DNA of 64,000 nucleotides from an uncultured Lachnospiraceae bacterium. GTDB lineage: Bacteria; Bacillota; Clostridia; TANB77; CAG-508. Below, in pieces: positions 28,524 to 39,088 of the stretch; within the stretch, counting starts at the first letter, position 1, and each line of letters starts with the position of its first letter. Location of the stretch: NCBI GenBank assembly GCA_964616165.1, contig CAZTTS010000003.1, positions 4,349 to 68,348 of the forward strand, read 5' to 3'. A program made the position numbers and the translations under genes. The notes below the pieces were generated by a model. The model was not told where the DNA came from and did no database searches. It was given only the letters and a program-made list of their open reading frames with translations.

Positions 28524-30182
28524 TTATTTTTTAATATCTTCTACTTTAGACTTAAAGTCGCTAATTTTATCCAATATTTCTCTTATCTCATCTTCGGTAA
28601 CTTCTTTTTCTATAACATTTTCTTTTAATTCTGCAACCAATCTATCAATTGTTGTTGAAATTTTGTCTATTGTACTAACTGTATCAAGTTGTTCTAATCT
28701 TCTTCTTTCTAAGATTAAATCATCTGGAATTCTTAAACGTTCTACTCCATCTTTTAATATAAATGCATCGCCAAAAGCTGGGATAATTGTTTCAATTTTG
28801 AAAATATCTATAACCAAGTTTTTAAAATTTTCTAAAGCATTTTCTGCTCCATGTACCAAAAATATATTTCTTGGTTTTTTCTCAAAACTAGATATGAATT
28901 CTAATAAAAATTCTTGATCTGCATGTCCAGAATAAGCTTCGATATATTGTATTTCTGCATTAACTGCAATCTCTTCACCAAAGATTTTAACCTTTTTTTC
29001 ACCACTTATAATGCCATGACCTAATGTTCCTGGAGCTTGATATCCTACAAAAAGTATTGTATTTTTGGGATTCCATAAATTATGTTTTAAATGATGTTTA
29101 ATTCTTCCAACTTCACACATACCTGATGCCGAAATTACTATTATTGGTTCTTTGGTAAAGTTTAAACTTTTTGATTCTTCTGCAGTTTTACTAAAATTTA
29201 GGCCCTTAAATTCTAATGGGTTATCACCAGAACTTAAATATTCTCTAACTTCTTCTCCAAACAAATCCATATTTCTTTGGAATATTTCAGTCGCTGATAT
29301 AGCAAGCGGAGAATCAACATATACTTTAGCATTCATCAATTCCTCATATTGCTCTTTAAATATTTGTAATTGTTCTTCATCTAAATTATCTTTTATTTTA
29401 TTTATTTCATAAAGAATTTCTTGAGTTCTTCCTACTGCAAAAGATGGAATAACAACATTTCCTCCCCTTTTAAGAGTTTTTGAAACTATCTCTAAAAATA
29501 ATTTAGCTTTTTCATCATTTCGTTCGTGTATTCTGTCTCCATAGGTTGCTTCCATAACTAAATAATCAGTTTCATCTACAAATTGTAACTTATCAAGTAA
29601 TGTAATCTGATTATTTCCAATATCTCCAGTAAATACTATTTTTTCTTCTTTACCATCTTCTGTTATCCATAATTCAACTATTGCAGATCCTAACATATGT
29701 CCTGCATCTGTGAATCTTGCTTTAATATTTTTATCTATTTGATAGATATTTTTATAATAAACCTTTTCAAATAATTCTAAAGAATCTACAGCATCTTGTG
29801 CAGTATATAATGGTTCGATTAGTTTTTTTCCTTCTCTTTTACGTTTTCTGCTTTTCCAGTCAGCTTCTTGTTCTTGTATATATCCGCTATCTGCTAACAT
29901 AATACTACATAGGTCTACAGTCGCTTTTGTGGCATATATTGGCCCTCTATAGCCTTCGTTATATAATTTAGGAATCCTACCTGAATGATCTATATGTGCA
30001 TGTGTTAAAATCATAAAGTCAATTGATTTTGGATCATATAGAAAATCATCATAATTTCTCTCTTCTTCTATTTCTTTACCTTGAATTAAACCACAGTCTA
30101 TAAGAAACCTTTTATTATTTGTTTCAACTAAAAAATTTGATCCTGTAACAGCCTCTGCTGCACCTAAAAAAGTTATTTTCAT
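28524..30182 (-). CDS. MBL-fold beta-CASP metallo-hydrolase (RNA-processing family)
   Basis: THAHIDHSGR, AGHMLGSA, MEATYGDR, FAVGRTQE, YSGHAD, VHG. Confidence 0.93.
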   Translation of the reverse strand: MKITFLGAAEAVTGSNFLVETNNKRFLIDCGLIQGKEIEEERNYDDFLYDPKSIDFMILTHAHIDHSGRIPKLYNEGYRGPIYATKATVDLCSIMLADSGYIQEQEADWKSRKRKREGKKLIEPLYTAQDAVDSLELFEKVYYKNIYQIDKNIKARFTDAGHMLGSAIVELWITEDGKEEKIVFTGDIGNNQITLLDKLQFVDETDYLVMEATYGDRIHERNDEKAKLFLEIVSKTLKRGGNVVIPSFAVGRTQEILYEINKIKDNLDEEQLQIFKEQYEELMNAKVYVDSPLAISATEIFQRNMDLFGEEVREYLSSGDNPLEFKGLNFSKTAEESKSLNFTKEPIIVISASGMCEVGRIKHHLKHNLWNPKNTILFVGYQAPGTLGHGIISGEKKVKIFGEEIAVNAEIQYIEAYSGHADQEFLLEFISSFEKKPRNIFLVHGAENALENFKNLVIDIFKIETIIPAFGDAFILKDGVERLRIPDDLILERRRLEQLDTVSTIDKISTTIDRLVAELKENVIEKEVTEDEIREILDKISDFKSKVEDIKK

Positions 30183-30263
30183 TTGTTCTCCATATTTCTT
30201 TTGATTTTTGTTTATTTTTTAAATCTTTTTTATCTTATACGATTTATTTAAATTTATCTTTTT

Positions 30264-30884
30264 TTACGATTTATTTCTCATATCTCTTATTATATCTATT
30301 GCTTTTTGAGCAAAATATTCATCTTTAACATGTGGAATATTATATCCTTCTATTAGATTTATCATTTCTTGAGGAGTCTTAAGTACGATATTCCCCTTAT
30401 TATCCTTGTTCTCTATTTCTAAATATAATCTATTATTAACCTGACTTATTATTATTTCGTATTTTCCATTAGTAAATGTTTGTGTATCTTGTTTTAATCT
30501 AAATAATTCAACATATCCTAGTTTTTTAAGTAAAACAAATGCTTCATCTACATCTTTAATTCTACAAACATATTTTGACTCATTTAAGATATTATTTTTA
30601 TCATCAAATTCCTTGTCTTTTTTAACAATTTCTTTTCTTACTTCAGTTTCAGCTGCAAGTTTCGAGTCAATTATAAAGCTTCGTATCCTAACAGACATTT
30701 CTATTATGCGTCTTTCGTCATATTTATTAATATCATTAAATTCTTCTGGTATCATGTAAATATCATCTACAACAAAGTCCTCTGTCTTGCTATATCCATT
30801 TTTATTTAATATTTTAATTAATTCATCTCTTCCTACAGTAATTCTTATTGTAACCTCATGTTCACTATTAAATTCTTCTTCCAT
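30264..30884 (-). CDS. CYTH-like (triphosphate tunnel) domain protein
   Basis: N-terminal E-x-T-x-R, D-x-Y, VRIR, LKKLGY, YLEIE pattern. Confidence 0.6.
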   Translation of the reverse strand: MEEEFNSEHEVTIRITVGRDELIKILNKNGYSKTEDFVVDDIYMIPEEFNDINKYDERRIIEMSVRIRSFIIDSKLAAETEVRKEIVKKDKEFDDKNNILNESKYVCRIKDVDEAFVLLKKLGYVELFRLKQDTQTFTNGKYEIIISQVNNRLYLEIENKDNKGNIVLKTPQEMINLIEGYNIPHVKDEYFAQKAIDIIRDMRNKS

Positions 30885-30893
30885 ATTTCCTCC

Positions 30894-32465
30894 TTATAAA
30901 AAAAGCCTTGTTTTCTTTCTCAACTTAACAATTAGATCTGGTTGTCTATTTGTTTTAATTATTTCTTCTTGCTCTAAAGTATCTCTGTCATAAATACGTA
31001 TACCTAATGTCATTGGCTTATAATCTATTTCAACAAACAAATCTTCTAAATCCAACACTCTAGTGTCTAAAACTGTTGCAATTAAATCATAATTTATATC
31101 AATATCATAACTCAACATTTGTATAGTTCCTAGTTCACAAAGTTTTGTAACTAGCATTTTTTCAATATTTTTAATTTTTTTATTTAATTTTTTAATATCT
31201 TTAATGCTTAACTTTTCATCTAATTTTAAAAATTTAAAATATCTAATTCTTTTTAAATCTAATAATATTTTAGAAGAACTTGTTTCTAATTCCATCTTAT
31301 ACAGCATTGCATCTAATATTGCTACTTGTAATTCAACAATATAGTCATGTAATTGTTTATTTTTATCAAAAGTTCTTATTTGTCTCTTTAATTCTTCCTT
31401 ATATTCTAAAAATGTATTAGGTTTTTGTAACATGGTTAATAAGTCATACTTATTTAATGCTTTAACCCTTTCTTTTTCAATCATATCTTTAAATAGTATT
31501 ATAGAAGTTATTTTTTTATTTTGAGGTAATTTTTTATTCTTTTCTTTAAATCCTTCTACTAAAAGTTCATCATTACTTAACATTAAATCAATACCAGATA
31601 TTTTTTTGGTTAAAGCTTTTTTTTGTCTATTTACAGTTGTTAAAAATTTATTAGAATCTGACATAGTTTCTAATATCTTTTTCTTTTTTGCTATTTCTTT
31701 TTCTATCTTATCTTTATTTTTTACTGTTGGATACGCATAAATACTCCCATAAAATGCATCTAATACTTTATTAGCATGCGCTTCTCCAAATTGTTTGATT
31801 AAGCTTAATTTTATTTCTTTAATATAATCAGGTAGATTAATATTTTGATTTTGCCATTGAAACATAAAGTCTGCACCTACTAACCATATTAAGTTTTCAT
31901 ACAAAACATTTTTAATATATGGAAATTTTAAAGCTGGATTGGAAAACCAAGAAAAACCTCTAAAGTCTCTCATAATTTCTATAGAATTTAAAATAGATCC
32001 CTCTTCTAAAATACTTTGAAATGCATCTTTAAAAACATACTCATCTTTAATATAAAAATATTTGGGTTGTATTTCAATAATAGAACGATATAATTCAGTA
32101 GGAGATAGTTGTGTTACTATTGTTTTTGTTTTTTCATTTACTTCTCTTTTTAATAATTCTTTATTTTGCTTCTTTATTGGTTGAATTCCCGTTTTACCTA
32201 AATCCTCTTTTTTTATATCAAATATATTTTCTTTAATAATCTCTATGGATTCAACATTGTTTTTGATATTATTCAAAAAATTTATTATGATTTTATGTTT
32301 ATCTAGAACATTAACCTTAACCTTTTCATAGTCTGGATAAATATCATTTAAATGGTTTAGAATTAATAAAAGAAGATTGTTCACTTCTACAGAAAAGCTT
32401 TTCTTTTTAAGAATTTCTTCTAAAATTTTATTATATTTCTTTGATGATTCAAGAAATAATTTCAA
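30894..32465 (-). CDS. Hypothetical protein, coiled-coil rich
   Basis: 523-aa ORF with RBS; no motif recognised. Confidence 0.7.
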   Translation of the reverse strand: MKLFLESSKKYNKILEEILKKKSFSVEVNNLLLLILNHLNDIYPDYEKVKVNVLDKHKIIINFLNNIKNNVESIEIIKENIFDIKKEDLGKTGIQPIKKQNKELLKREVNEKTKTIVTQLSPTELYRSIIEIQPKYFYIKDEYVFKDAFQSILEEGSILNSIEIMRDFRGFSWFSNPALKFPYIKNVLYENLIWLVGADFMFQWQNQNINLPDYIKEIKLSLIKQFGEAHANKVLDAFYGSIYAYPTVKNKDKIEKEIAKKKKILETMSDSNKFLTTVNRQKKALTKKISGIDLMLSNDELLVEGFKEKNKKLPQNKKITSIILFKDMIEKERVKALNKYDLLTMLQKPNTFLEYKEELKRQIRTFDKNKQLHDYIVELQVAILDAMLYKMELETSSSKILLDLKRIRYFKFLKLDEKLSIKDIKKLNKKIKNIEKMLVTKLCELGTIQMLSYDIDINYDLIATVLDTRVLDLEDLFVEIDYKPMTLGIRIYDRDTLEQEEIIKTNRQPDLIVKLRKKTRLFL

Positions 32466-32796
32466 TATTCCTCCCTTTTTTAAGCTTGTATATCTTTCAA
32501 CTTAGGCTTTAAACACATTTATACATATATTACTATATTTATATTTTATTTTAATTATGCTAACTATATTTTACTTAATTTTGAGTGTATTGTCTAATAT
32601 GTATAAAAATATTTTTTATTGAAAATTTTAATACATTTTAAGCAATTAGGAACAAATAAATCATCGATAAACAAATAAATTATTGGTATATAAATAAATT
32701 ATTTATATGCAAATAAATTCTTAAAAAACAAATAAAAAATGCTAACTTGTTTTAATAGTTAACATTTTATTAATAAAATCTATATTTCAAAGATTC

Positions 32797-35238
32797 TTAA
32801 TTGTCTTCATATTCATATTCATCTACATCTTCATCTTCATCGTCTTCTTCTGCTTGATTAGATTCTTCAACTAATTTAGCTTTTAAACTTTGCCATTCAG
32901 CTCCTGAAATAAGCACATTTCTTGATTGATTTCCTTGTTGTTTAGAGATTATTCCCATCTCTTCAATTTGATCAATAATTCTTCCAGCTCTAGAATCTCC
33001 CATCCTATATTTTCTTCTTATTAAAGATATTGATGCTCTCTCTTCTTCAACAAACAAATCAATAATTTCAAAAATTAAATCTCGATCTTCTTCATCCGTT
33101 TGTTTTATATCTTTAATTTCTGATTTTTTATCTTTATCAACTTTTCCTTCTTTTTCAGCCATTTTTTGTTCAGCATTTTCTATTAATCTATATGCAGCTT
33201 CTGGTGCTTCCTTCCTTCTTATTTTGCTCATCACAGTATTTATTTCTTTTTCAGAAATAAATGCTCCCTGTACTCTAATAGGTCTTGTTGCACCTATAGG
33301 ATAATACAACATATCCCCTTTACCAAGAAGTTTTTCTGCACCACTTTGATCTAAAATTGTTCTTGAATCTATTTGTGATGTAACTGCAAATGCTATCCTT
33401 GTTGGCATATTAGCTTTAATTAAGCCTGTAATAACATCAACTGAAGGTCTTTGAGTTGCAACAACTAAATGTATTCCTGCAGCTCTACCCATTTGTGCTA
33501 TTCTGCAAATTGCAGCCTCAACATCTTTGGCTGCTGTCATCATAAGGTCTGCTAACTCATCTATTATTACTACAATATACGGAATTTTTTCTACACTTTT
33601 TTCATTAAAACTGTCAATATTTTTAGCTCCAGCTTTTGCAAATAATTGGAATCTCCTAGTCATTTCATGAAGAACAATATTTAAAACTGCTAAAGCTTGT
33701 TTAGAATCTGTAATAACTTCCGGTACTGCTAAATGTGGCAAATCATTATATATAGAAAGTTCTACTACTTTTGGATCTATTAAAATTAGCTTTGTTTCAC
33801 TAGGTTTCGCATTATATATAATACTATTTATAATAGTGTTTATACAAACAGATTTACCAGATCCTGTTGAGCCAGCAATTAAAATATGTGGCATTTTAGC
33901 AATATCTGCAACCATGTATTCTCCAGAAGTAGCTTTCCCAAGAGCAAAGGCTATTTTAGATTTTTCTTCAACAAATTCTTTAGATTCAATAACATCTTTA
34001 AGGCTTACAATTTCTCTAACTTCATTTGGAACTTCAATACCAACTGCTTGTTTCCCTGGTATGGGAGCTTCAATTCTTAAAGATTGAGCAGCTAAATTAA
34101 GAGCAATATCATCAGATAAACCTGCAATTTTATTAACTCTTACGCCTTCTGCAGGTGTAAGTTCATATCTTGTAACTGCAGGTCCTATAGAAACATCATC
34201 TACTCTTGCTGATACCCCAAAACTATATAGTGTTTGTTGAATCTTTTTTGCTGTTTTTTCTATCATTTTTTTAGAATCCGTTAAAGATATTGGTTTACCT
34301 TTTCTTAATAATGTTAGTACTGGACTTAGATAATTTTTATCTTCTTCTGTAACTTCAAAATTAGATAATGCTCCTTCAGAAACATCAATATCTAACTTTT
34401 TTTCTTCTTTCTTATCATCAGAACGTTTTTCGCCTTTTATTGTTGCACTCGCATCTAGTTCTGGACTATCTTCTATATGGTGTGAATCATTGTCTACTCC
34501 CATATTTTTTGATTTCAAGAACATTCTTTCAATAAAAGACGGTCTATCTTCAACTTCTGAGTCTACGGTTTTGTCCAAATTAAATCTTAACTGATCTTCT
34601 AATTCCTCTTTTTCTCTAAGTTTTTCTTCTCTAGCTCTTGCCTTTTCCCTTTCTTTTTCTCTTTTTATTCTTTCTTTTTCTCTTCTTTTATATCTTTCTT
34701 CTCTTAAATCTCTTCTTTCATCAAGTTTATCTCTTAAATATATAGTAGGGCTACCTGCAAAAGTAGTAAATGTTAAAATAAGTGCTGAAACTGCTAAAAT
34801 TATTCCTGCACCTACTAAGCCAAATAATTTTACAAAAGGTATTGCTACTATGGCACCTACTGCTCCTCCTGCAACTCCTACTTTCCCTAATTCATAAGAA
34901 TCTACAATAACTTTCATAATATTTGCATCTATTGAAATATTCTCTTTTGATATTTCTAGAATTGTTAATAGTGAACAAAGAATAATTATTATTAAAATAA
35001 ATTGCGTTATTCTCGTTGTATATGATTTCTTCTCTTCTCTTGCAGTAGCAAAAGCTAAAAAGAAAACACCAATTGGAATAAGATACTTAACCGAACCGAC
35101 AGCACCACCAATAACAGGTGATATTACTTCACCAATATATCCTGTTTTTAAATATATTATTATTGCTGTTACGACAGATATTATTAAAAGAATAATGAAT
35201 ATCGCATCTATGCTTTTTTTGTTCTTTTTTCTTGCCAA
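32797..35238 (-). CDS. ftsK: DNA translocase FtsK/SpoIIIE
   Basis: N-terminal TMs, AGSTGSGKS, IDELADLM, LVVATQRPSVDVITG, gamma domain; TTG start at 35238 with AGGAGG SD. Confidence 0.96.
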   Translation of the reverse strand: MARKKNKKSIDAIFIILLIISVVTAIIIYLKTGYIGEVISPVIGGAVGSVKYLIPIGVFFLAFATAREEKKSYTTRITQFILIIIILCSLLTILEISKENISIDANIMKVIVDSYELGKVGVAGGAVGAIVAIPFVKLFGLVGAGIILAVSALILTFTTFAGSPTIYLRDKLDERRDLREERYKRREKERIKREKEREKARAREEKLREKEELEDQLRFNLDKTVDSEVEDRPSFIERMFLKSKNMGVDNDSHHIEDSPELDASATIKGEKRSDDKKEEKKLDIDVSEGALSNFEVTEEDKNYLSPVLTLLRKGKPISLTDSKKMIEKTAKKIQQTLYSFGVSARVDDVSIGPAVTRYELTPAEGVRVNKIAGLSDDIALNLAAQSLRIEAPIPGKQAVGIEVPNEVREIVSLKDVIESKEFVEEKSKIAFALGKATSGEYMVADIAKMPHILIAGSTGSGKSVCINTIINSIIYNAKPSETKLILIDPKVVELSIYNDLPHLAVPEVITDSKQALAVLNIVLHEMTRRFQLFAKAGAKNIDSFNEKSVEKIPYIVVIIDELADLMMTAAKDVEAAICRIAQMGRAAGIHLVVATQRPSVDVITGLIKANMPTRIAFAVTSQIDSRTILDQSGAEKLLGKGDMLYYPIGATRPIRVQGAFISEKEINTVMSKIRRKEAPEAAYRLIENAEQKMAEKEGKVDKDKKSEIKDIKQTDEEDRDLIFEIIDLFVEEERASISLIRRKYRMGDSRAGRIIDQIEEMGIISKQQGNQSRNVLISGAEWQSLKAKLVEESNQAEEDDEDEDVDEYEYEDN

Positions 35239-35277
35239 GTATTTCCTCCTATATAAAAGGAAAGACACTCTGCTTTC

Positions 35278-35757
35278 CTATCTAAATTCATTTCTATTTT
35301 CTTTGAGTGTATTTAAAGCAGAATTTATTAGATTTTGGCTTTCATTTAAATGTTCACTTAAATCTTTTATTTTGTTTTCAGCCTCTGATAAGATTTCATC
35401 AGTATATGCTTTTGTACCTTCTGTTATTTCTCTACTATGCTTCTTAGCTTCATCAATAATTTGATCTTGTCTAAGATATGCTTGTTTTGTTATTTCATGT
35501 TCATCTATCATTTCAATGATTCTATTTTCAGCTTCTTTAACTATATCTTCTGCTTCTTTGTTAGCTTCTTGTAAAATTCTAGTTCTCTCTTCTTTAATCC
35601 ACTTAGCTTGCTTCATTTCGTCTGGCATTTTTCTTTTAATTTCTTCTAGAATTTGCTCTAAAACTTCTACATCCACAATACGTCTAGTTGAAAATGGTAT
35701 ACTTCTACCATCTTCTATTAAGCTTTCTATTTCGTCAAGCAGTTCAAATACTTCCAT
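35278..35757 (-). CDS. Conserved clostridial DivIVA-like coiled-coil protein usually linked to rsmD-coaD
   Basis: ELLDEIESLIEDGRSIPF...P.EMKQAKWIKEERTRIL.EA..EAE.I...AE. Confidence 0.75.
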   Translation of the reverse strand: MEVFELLDEIESLIEDGRSIPFSTRRIVDVEVLEQILEEIKRKMPDEMKQAKWIKEERTRILQEANKEAEDIVKEAENRIIEMIDEHEITKQAYLRQDQIIDEAKKHSREITEGTKAYTDEILSEAENKIKDLSEHLNESQNLINSALNTLKENRNEFR

Positions 35758-35759
35758 TT

Positions 35760-36302
35760 TTACCTCTTTTTTTCTTCTAGAAATATTATATAAGGTCTTC
35801 CATATTTCCTTTTATCAATAATAGTAAAATCTTTAAATTCTTCAAAATCTATTTCTGTTTCATAAATTATTAATCCTGAAGCTTTTAAAATTTCTTTATC
35901 CTTAATTATCTTTAGTATTTTCTCTATATTATATTCATATGGTGGATCTAAAAATATTAAATCAAATTTTTTCTCTGTTGTTTTTAAATAATCCACTGCA
36001 TCAATATAATATAATTCAGCATTTTTGCCTATTTCATTATGCGTTTTTGTAATGTTTTTTTTAATAATTTCTACAGACTCTTTATCATTGTCACAAAAAG
36101 TTACACAAGATGCTCCTCTACTTAAAGATTCTAAACCCAAAGCGCCTGAACCAGCATATAAATCTAATACTTCTGAATCTATTATTTTTTCAGATATTAT
36201 ACTAAATATTGCTTCTTTTGCTCTATCAGATGTTGGCCTTGTGGTTTCACCTTTTTTAGTAAATAGTTTTATGCCCTTGCCTTTTCCTGTAATTATTCGC
36301 AT
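35760..36302 (-). CDS. rsmD: 16S rRNA m2G966 methyltransferase RsmD
   Basis: MRIITG, TRPTSDRAKEAIF, LDLYAGSGALGLESLSRGA, FLDPPY. Confidence 0.96.
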   Translation of the reverse strand: MRIITGKGKGIKLFTKKGETTRPTSDRAKEAIFSIISEKIIDSEVLDLYAGSGALGLESLSRGASCVTFCDNDKESVEIIKKNITKTHNEIGKNAELYYIDAVDYLKTTEKKFDLIFLDPPYEYNIEKILKIIKDKEILKASGLIIYETEIDFEEFKDFTIIDKRKYGRPYIIFLEEKKR

Positions 36303-36560
36303 ATTTTTCCTTCGTTTGATAGTTTCATTTTATATTATAAGGCGCATAAGTCAATAAAATTAATGAAATTGTAACTCATAATTAATGATTACAACATTAT
36401 AATGTCTTTTTGTAATATAAAATTGGCATTTAGTAATATCACTGTTAAAATTAAAACATAAATGATATTATATATTTAATAATATATTTAATAATATACT
36501 TATTAATATTGTAGAATGTATTTTGAATATATAGACAAATACACTAAGAAAGGATCTTAA

Positions 36561-36878
36561 ATGGAAGAAAATAATAAAGAAATAAATGAAGAACTTAATG
36601 AGAAAACTAATAAAGAAAATGAAGGAAGTAATGACAATTTGGAAACAAATTTTAATAATGAAAATCTAAAAAATAAGAATCCAATTATTAAATATTTTTT
36701 CATTATAGTTTTAATGGTAGTATTAACACCTTTAATTCATTTCTCTACAACAAAACTATTATATAAATTAGTTGAGGATATACCAAATGAAAAAATATAT
36801 GAAAGAAATAATATAGAAAACACCGAAGAGATTGAAAACAATCTTATAGAGAATACTAAAGATGTTGAGAATGAATAG
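36561..36878 (+). CDS. Hypothetical membrane protein (Asn/Glu-rich)
   Basis: AAGGA RBS, one TM helix. Confidence 0.6.
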   Translation: MEENNKEINEELNEKTNKENEGSNDNLETNFNNENLKNKNPIIKYFFIIVLMVVLTPLIHFSTTKLLYKLVEDIPNEKIYERNNIENTEEIENNLIENTKDVENE

Positions 36879-36920
36879 ATGATTCTATAAATAAATAAAT
36901 GAATGAATGATTTTATAAAT

Positions 36921-36953
36921 AGAAAAGAAAACTAATAACAGTTTTCTTTTTTT
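36921..36953. terminator. Bidirectional terminator between convergent genes
   Basis: AAAGAAAACT-aataac-AGTTTTCTTT with flanking A/T tracts. Confidence 0.65.
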
Positions 36954-37033
36954 ATCTTTAAATTTTATTATATAGCTTTAATGATTATACTAACTAACTG
37001 AGTAACTGAGTAACTAACTAATTATCTAACCAA

Positions 37034-37270
37034 TTAATCATCTTGTCTTTGATATTCAACTTCATCTATTTTCCCATCTTTATTTACAAGTTCTGTAATC
37101 TTTTTTTCAGCTTTATCTAATGTTTCATTACATTTTTTAGATATTTTCATACCCTCTTCGAACTTTTTAACAGATGCTTCTAAAGTTAATTCACCTTTTT
37201 CTAATTCTTCTGCAATTTTATTTAATTCTTCTAGTTCTTCTTCAAAACTTTTTTCTTTTTTATCTGCCAT
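37034..37270 (-). CDS. xseB: Exodeoxyribonuclease VII small subunit
   Basis: SFEEELEEL..I...LE.G.L.LE.SVKKFEEGM...L..AEKKI. Confidence 0.95.
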   Translation of the reverse strand: MADKKEKSFEEELEELNKIAEELEKGELTLEASVKKFEEGMKISKKCNETLDKAEKKITELVNKDGKIDEVEYQRQDD

Positions 37271-37322
37271 AATTACATCCTTCTCTTATTTATTAATTTT
37301 TATATTAATTCCTATGTTAATT

Positions 37323-37871
37323 TTAAACTATTTCTTCTATTTCTTTTTTATGAACATTTACTTTATAAGTAATTATAGTTCTTGTAGTTTTTTTATCTCT
37401 AACTTCTATAATAAGTATATTATCAGATTCACGTCTTAATAAGCTAAAATAGTAGTTTGTATCTTCAGGTTCCCCTTCATCGCCATAAAACAATTCTTTG
37501 GCAACCTTTATAGCCAATTCTTCCTCTTCTTTTTGTTTTTTCTTGCTATCTGTTGTAACTGGAGCTGTAGAAGGTTTTTCCTCATCAGTTGTTTTGTCAA
37601 CTAATTTAAAAGCAGTTTCTTCTTTCTTAGTAAAGACTTCTTTTTCGTCTTCTTTTGTTTCTGGCTCTTCTTTATCATTCCCATCAGGAAGATTTACTCC
37701 ATCTTGTTTATTTTCTTCTGCTTTTTTCTCATCTGCTATTTTAAGACTTTTTAAGAGTTTCCCATCCATTATTGAATTAGCCACTAATGCACCAAAAATT
37801 ATTATTATTATAAAAACAATAATTGTTAAAAAAGTACTTTTTCTTTTTTTTCTTGACTTCCTTCTAGCCAT
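37323..37871 (-). CDS. Hypothetical single-pass membrane protein
   Basis: Basic N-terminus, TM helix, charged linker; GAGGTGG SD before ATG 37871. Confidence 0.65.
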   Translation of the reverse strand: MARRKSRKKRKSTFLTIIVFIIIIIFGALVANSIMDGKLLKSLKIADEKKAEENKQDGVNLPDGNDKEEPETKEDEKEVFTKKEETAFKLVDKTTDEEKPSTAPVTTDSKKKQKEEEELAIKVAKELFYGDEGEPEDTNYYFSLLRRESDNILIIEVRDKKTTRTIITYKVNVHKKEIEEIV

Positions 37872-37879
37872 ATTCCACC

Positions 37880-39070
37880 TCACTTTATTTCAGCTTCACG
37901 CTTACAGTCTTTTGATCTTATATCTATTAAATCACCTTTTTTAAGCTTTTTCAATTCTCTAACAATTTTACCTTCTTTTTCTACTAATACATACCCTCTA
38001 TCTAATATATTTAAAGGATTTACTAGTTTCAATTTATTATCTACTTTATGTAAATTATTTTGATGATTTAAAATTGTATTCTTTATATTATTAACAATAT
38101 TTAAAACAATATAGTCTATCTTCAGTCTTAATTCATTTATATTACTTTGTGGGCTTTTTAACTTGTTTGCAGAAGACTGATATTGTAATTGTAAATTTTC
38201 TAACTTCTTTAAAAGTGCTTGTTTTAATCTATTATTATATACATCTATAGTGTTTTTGACATCTATAATGTTTGGAATAGCAAGTTCTGCAGCAGCTGAC
38301 GGTGTAGGAGCTCTTAAGTCTGCTACAAAATCAGCTATTGTATAATCTGTATCATGCCCAACTGCAGATATTATTGGTATTTGAGAATTAAATATACTTC
38401 TTGCTAAAACCTCTTCATTAAAAGGCCATAAATCTTCTAAAGATCCTCCCCCTCTACCAACAATTAAAACGTCTGCTAATTTATGTTTATTCATGTATTC
38501 AATTGCTTTGGCAATCTTTGCGCCTGCACCTTCACCTTGAACAGGAACAGGTAATAATCTAATATGTATGCCAGGATTTCTTCTTGTTCCTACATTTATT
38601 ATATCTTTAATAACAGAACCTGTATTAGATGTTAAAACACCTATTACTTGTGGCATAAAAGGAATTTCTTTTTTATGTGTGGGACTAAAAAGTCCTTCTG
38701 CTTCTAATTTTTTCTTTAATTCTTCATATTGCTGATAAAGATCTCCCATACCTGCTTGCTTCATATCTTTTACATATATTTGATATGAACCACTTTGGGG
38801 ATATACAGAAATTTTACCAAAAACAATTACCTTTTCACCATCTTTTGGTTCAAATTTCAGATTAATAGTATCAAATTTAAACATTACCGATTTAATAACT
38901 GCTTTTTCATCTTTCAATGTAAAGTATAAATGTCCTGAAACATGTCTTTTATAATTAGAAATTTCTCCTTCAACTAAAACAGATTGAAAATATTCATCTT
39001 CATCAAATTTTAGTTTTATATATTCTGTTAATTCTGATACAGTTTTAGGTTTTATTTGTACTTCTTCCAT
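37880..39070 (-). CDS. xseA: Exodeoxyribonuclease VII large subunit
   Basis: VEGEISNYK..SGHLYFTLKD, GRGGGSLEDLWPFNEE, ISAVGHDTD, APTPSAAAE. Confidence 0.97.
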   Translation of the reverse strand: MEEVQIKPKTVSELTEYIKLKFDEDEYFQSVLVEGEISNYKRHVSGHLYFTLKDEKAVIKSVMFKFDTINLKFEPKDGEKVIVFGKISVYPQSGSYQIYVKDMKQAGMGDLYQQYEELKKKLEAEGLFSPTHKKEIPFMPQVIGVLTSNTGSVIKDIINVGTRRNPGIHIRLLPVPVQGEGAGAKIAKAIEYMNKHKLADVLIVGRGGGSLEDLWPFNEEVLARSIFNSQIPIISAVGHDTDYTIADFVADLRAPTPSAAAELAIPNIIDVKNTIDVYNNRLKQALLKKLENLQLQYQSSANKLKSPQSNINELRLKIDYIVLNIVNNIKNTILNHQNNLHKVDNKLKLVNPLNILDRGYVLVEKEGKIVRELKKLKKGDLIDIRSKDCKREAEIK

Positions 39071-39088
39071 TACTTCCTTAATTTAAAT

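Noticed and set aside
36985-37030. TAACT/TAACTGAG short tandem repeats; similar tracts at about 4174-4212 (AAAGT), 18860-18895, 36890-36910 and 42320-42360
   Set aside because: Low-complexity intergenic microsatellites without constant repeat-spacer periodicity; not CRISPR, iterons or att sites.
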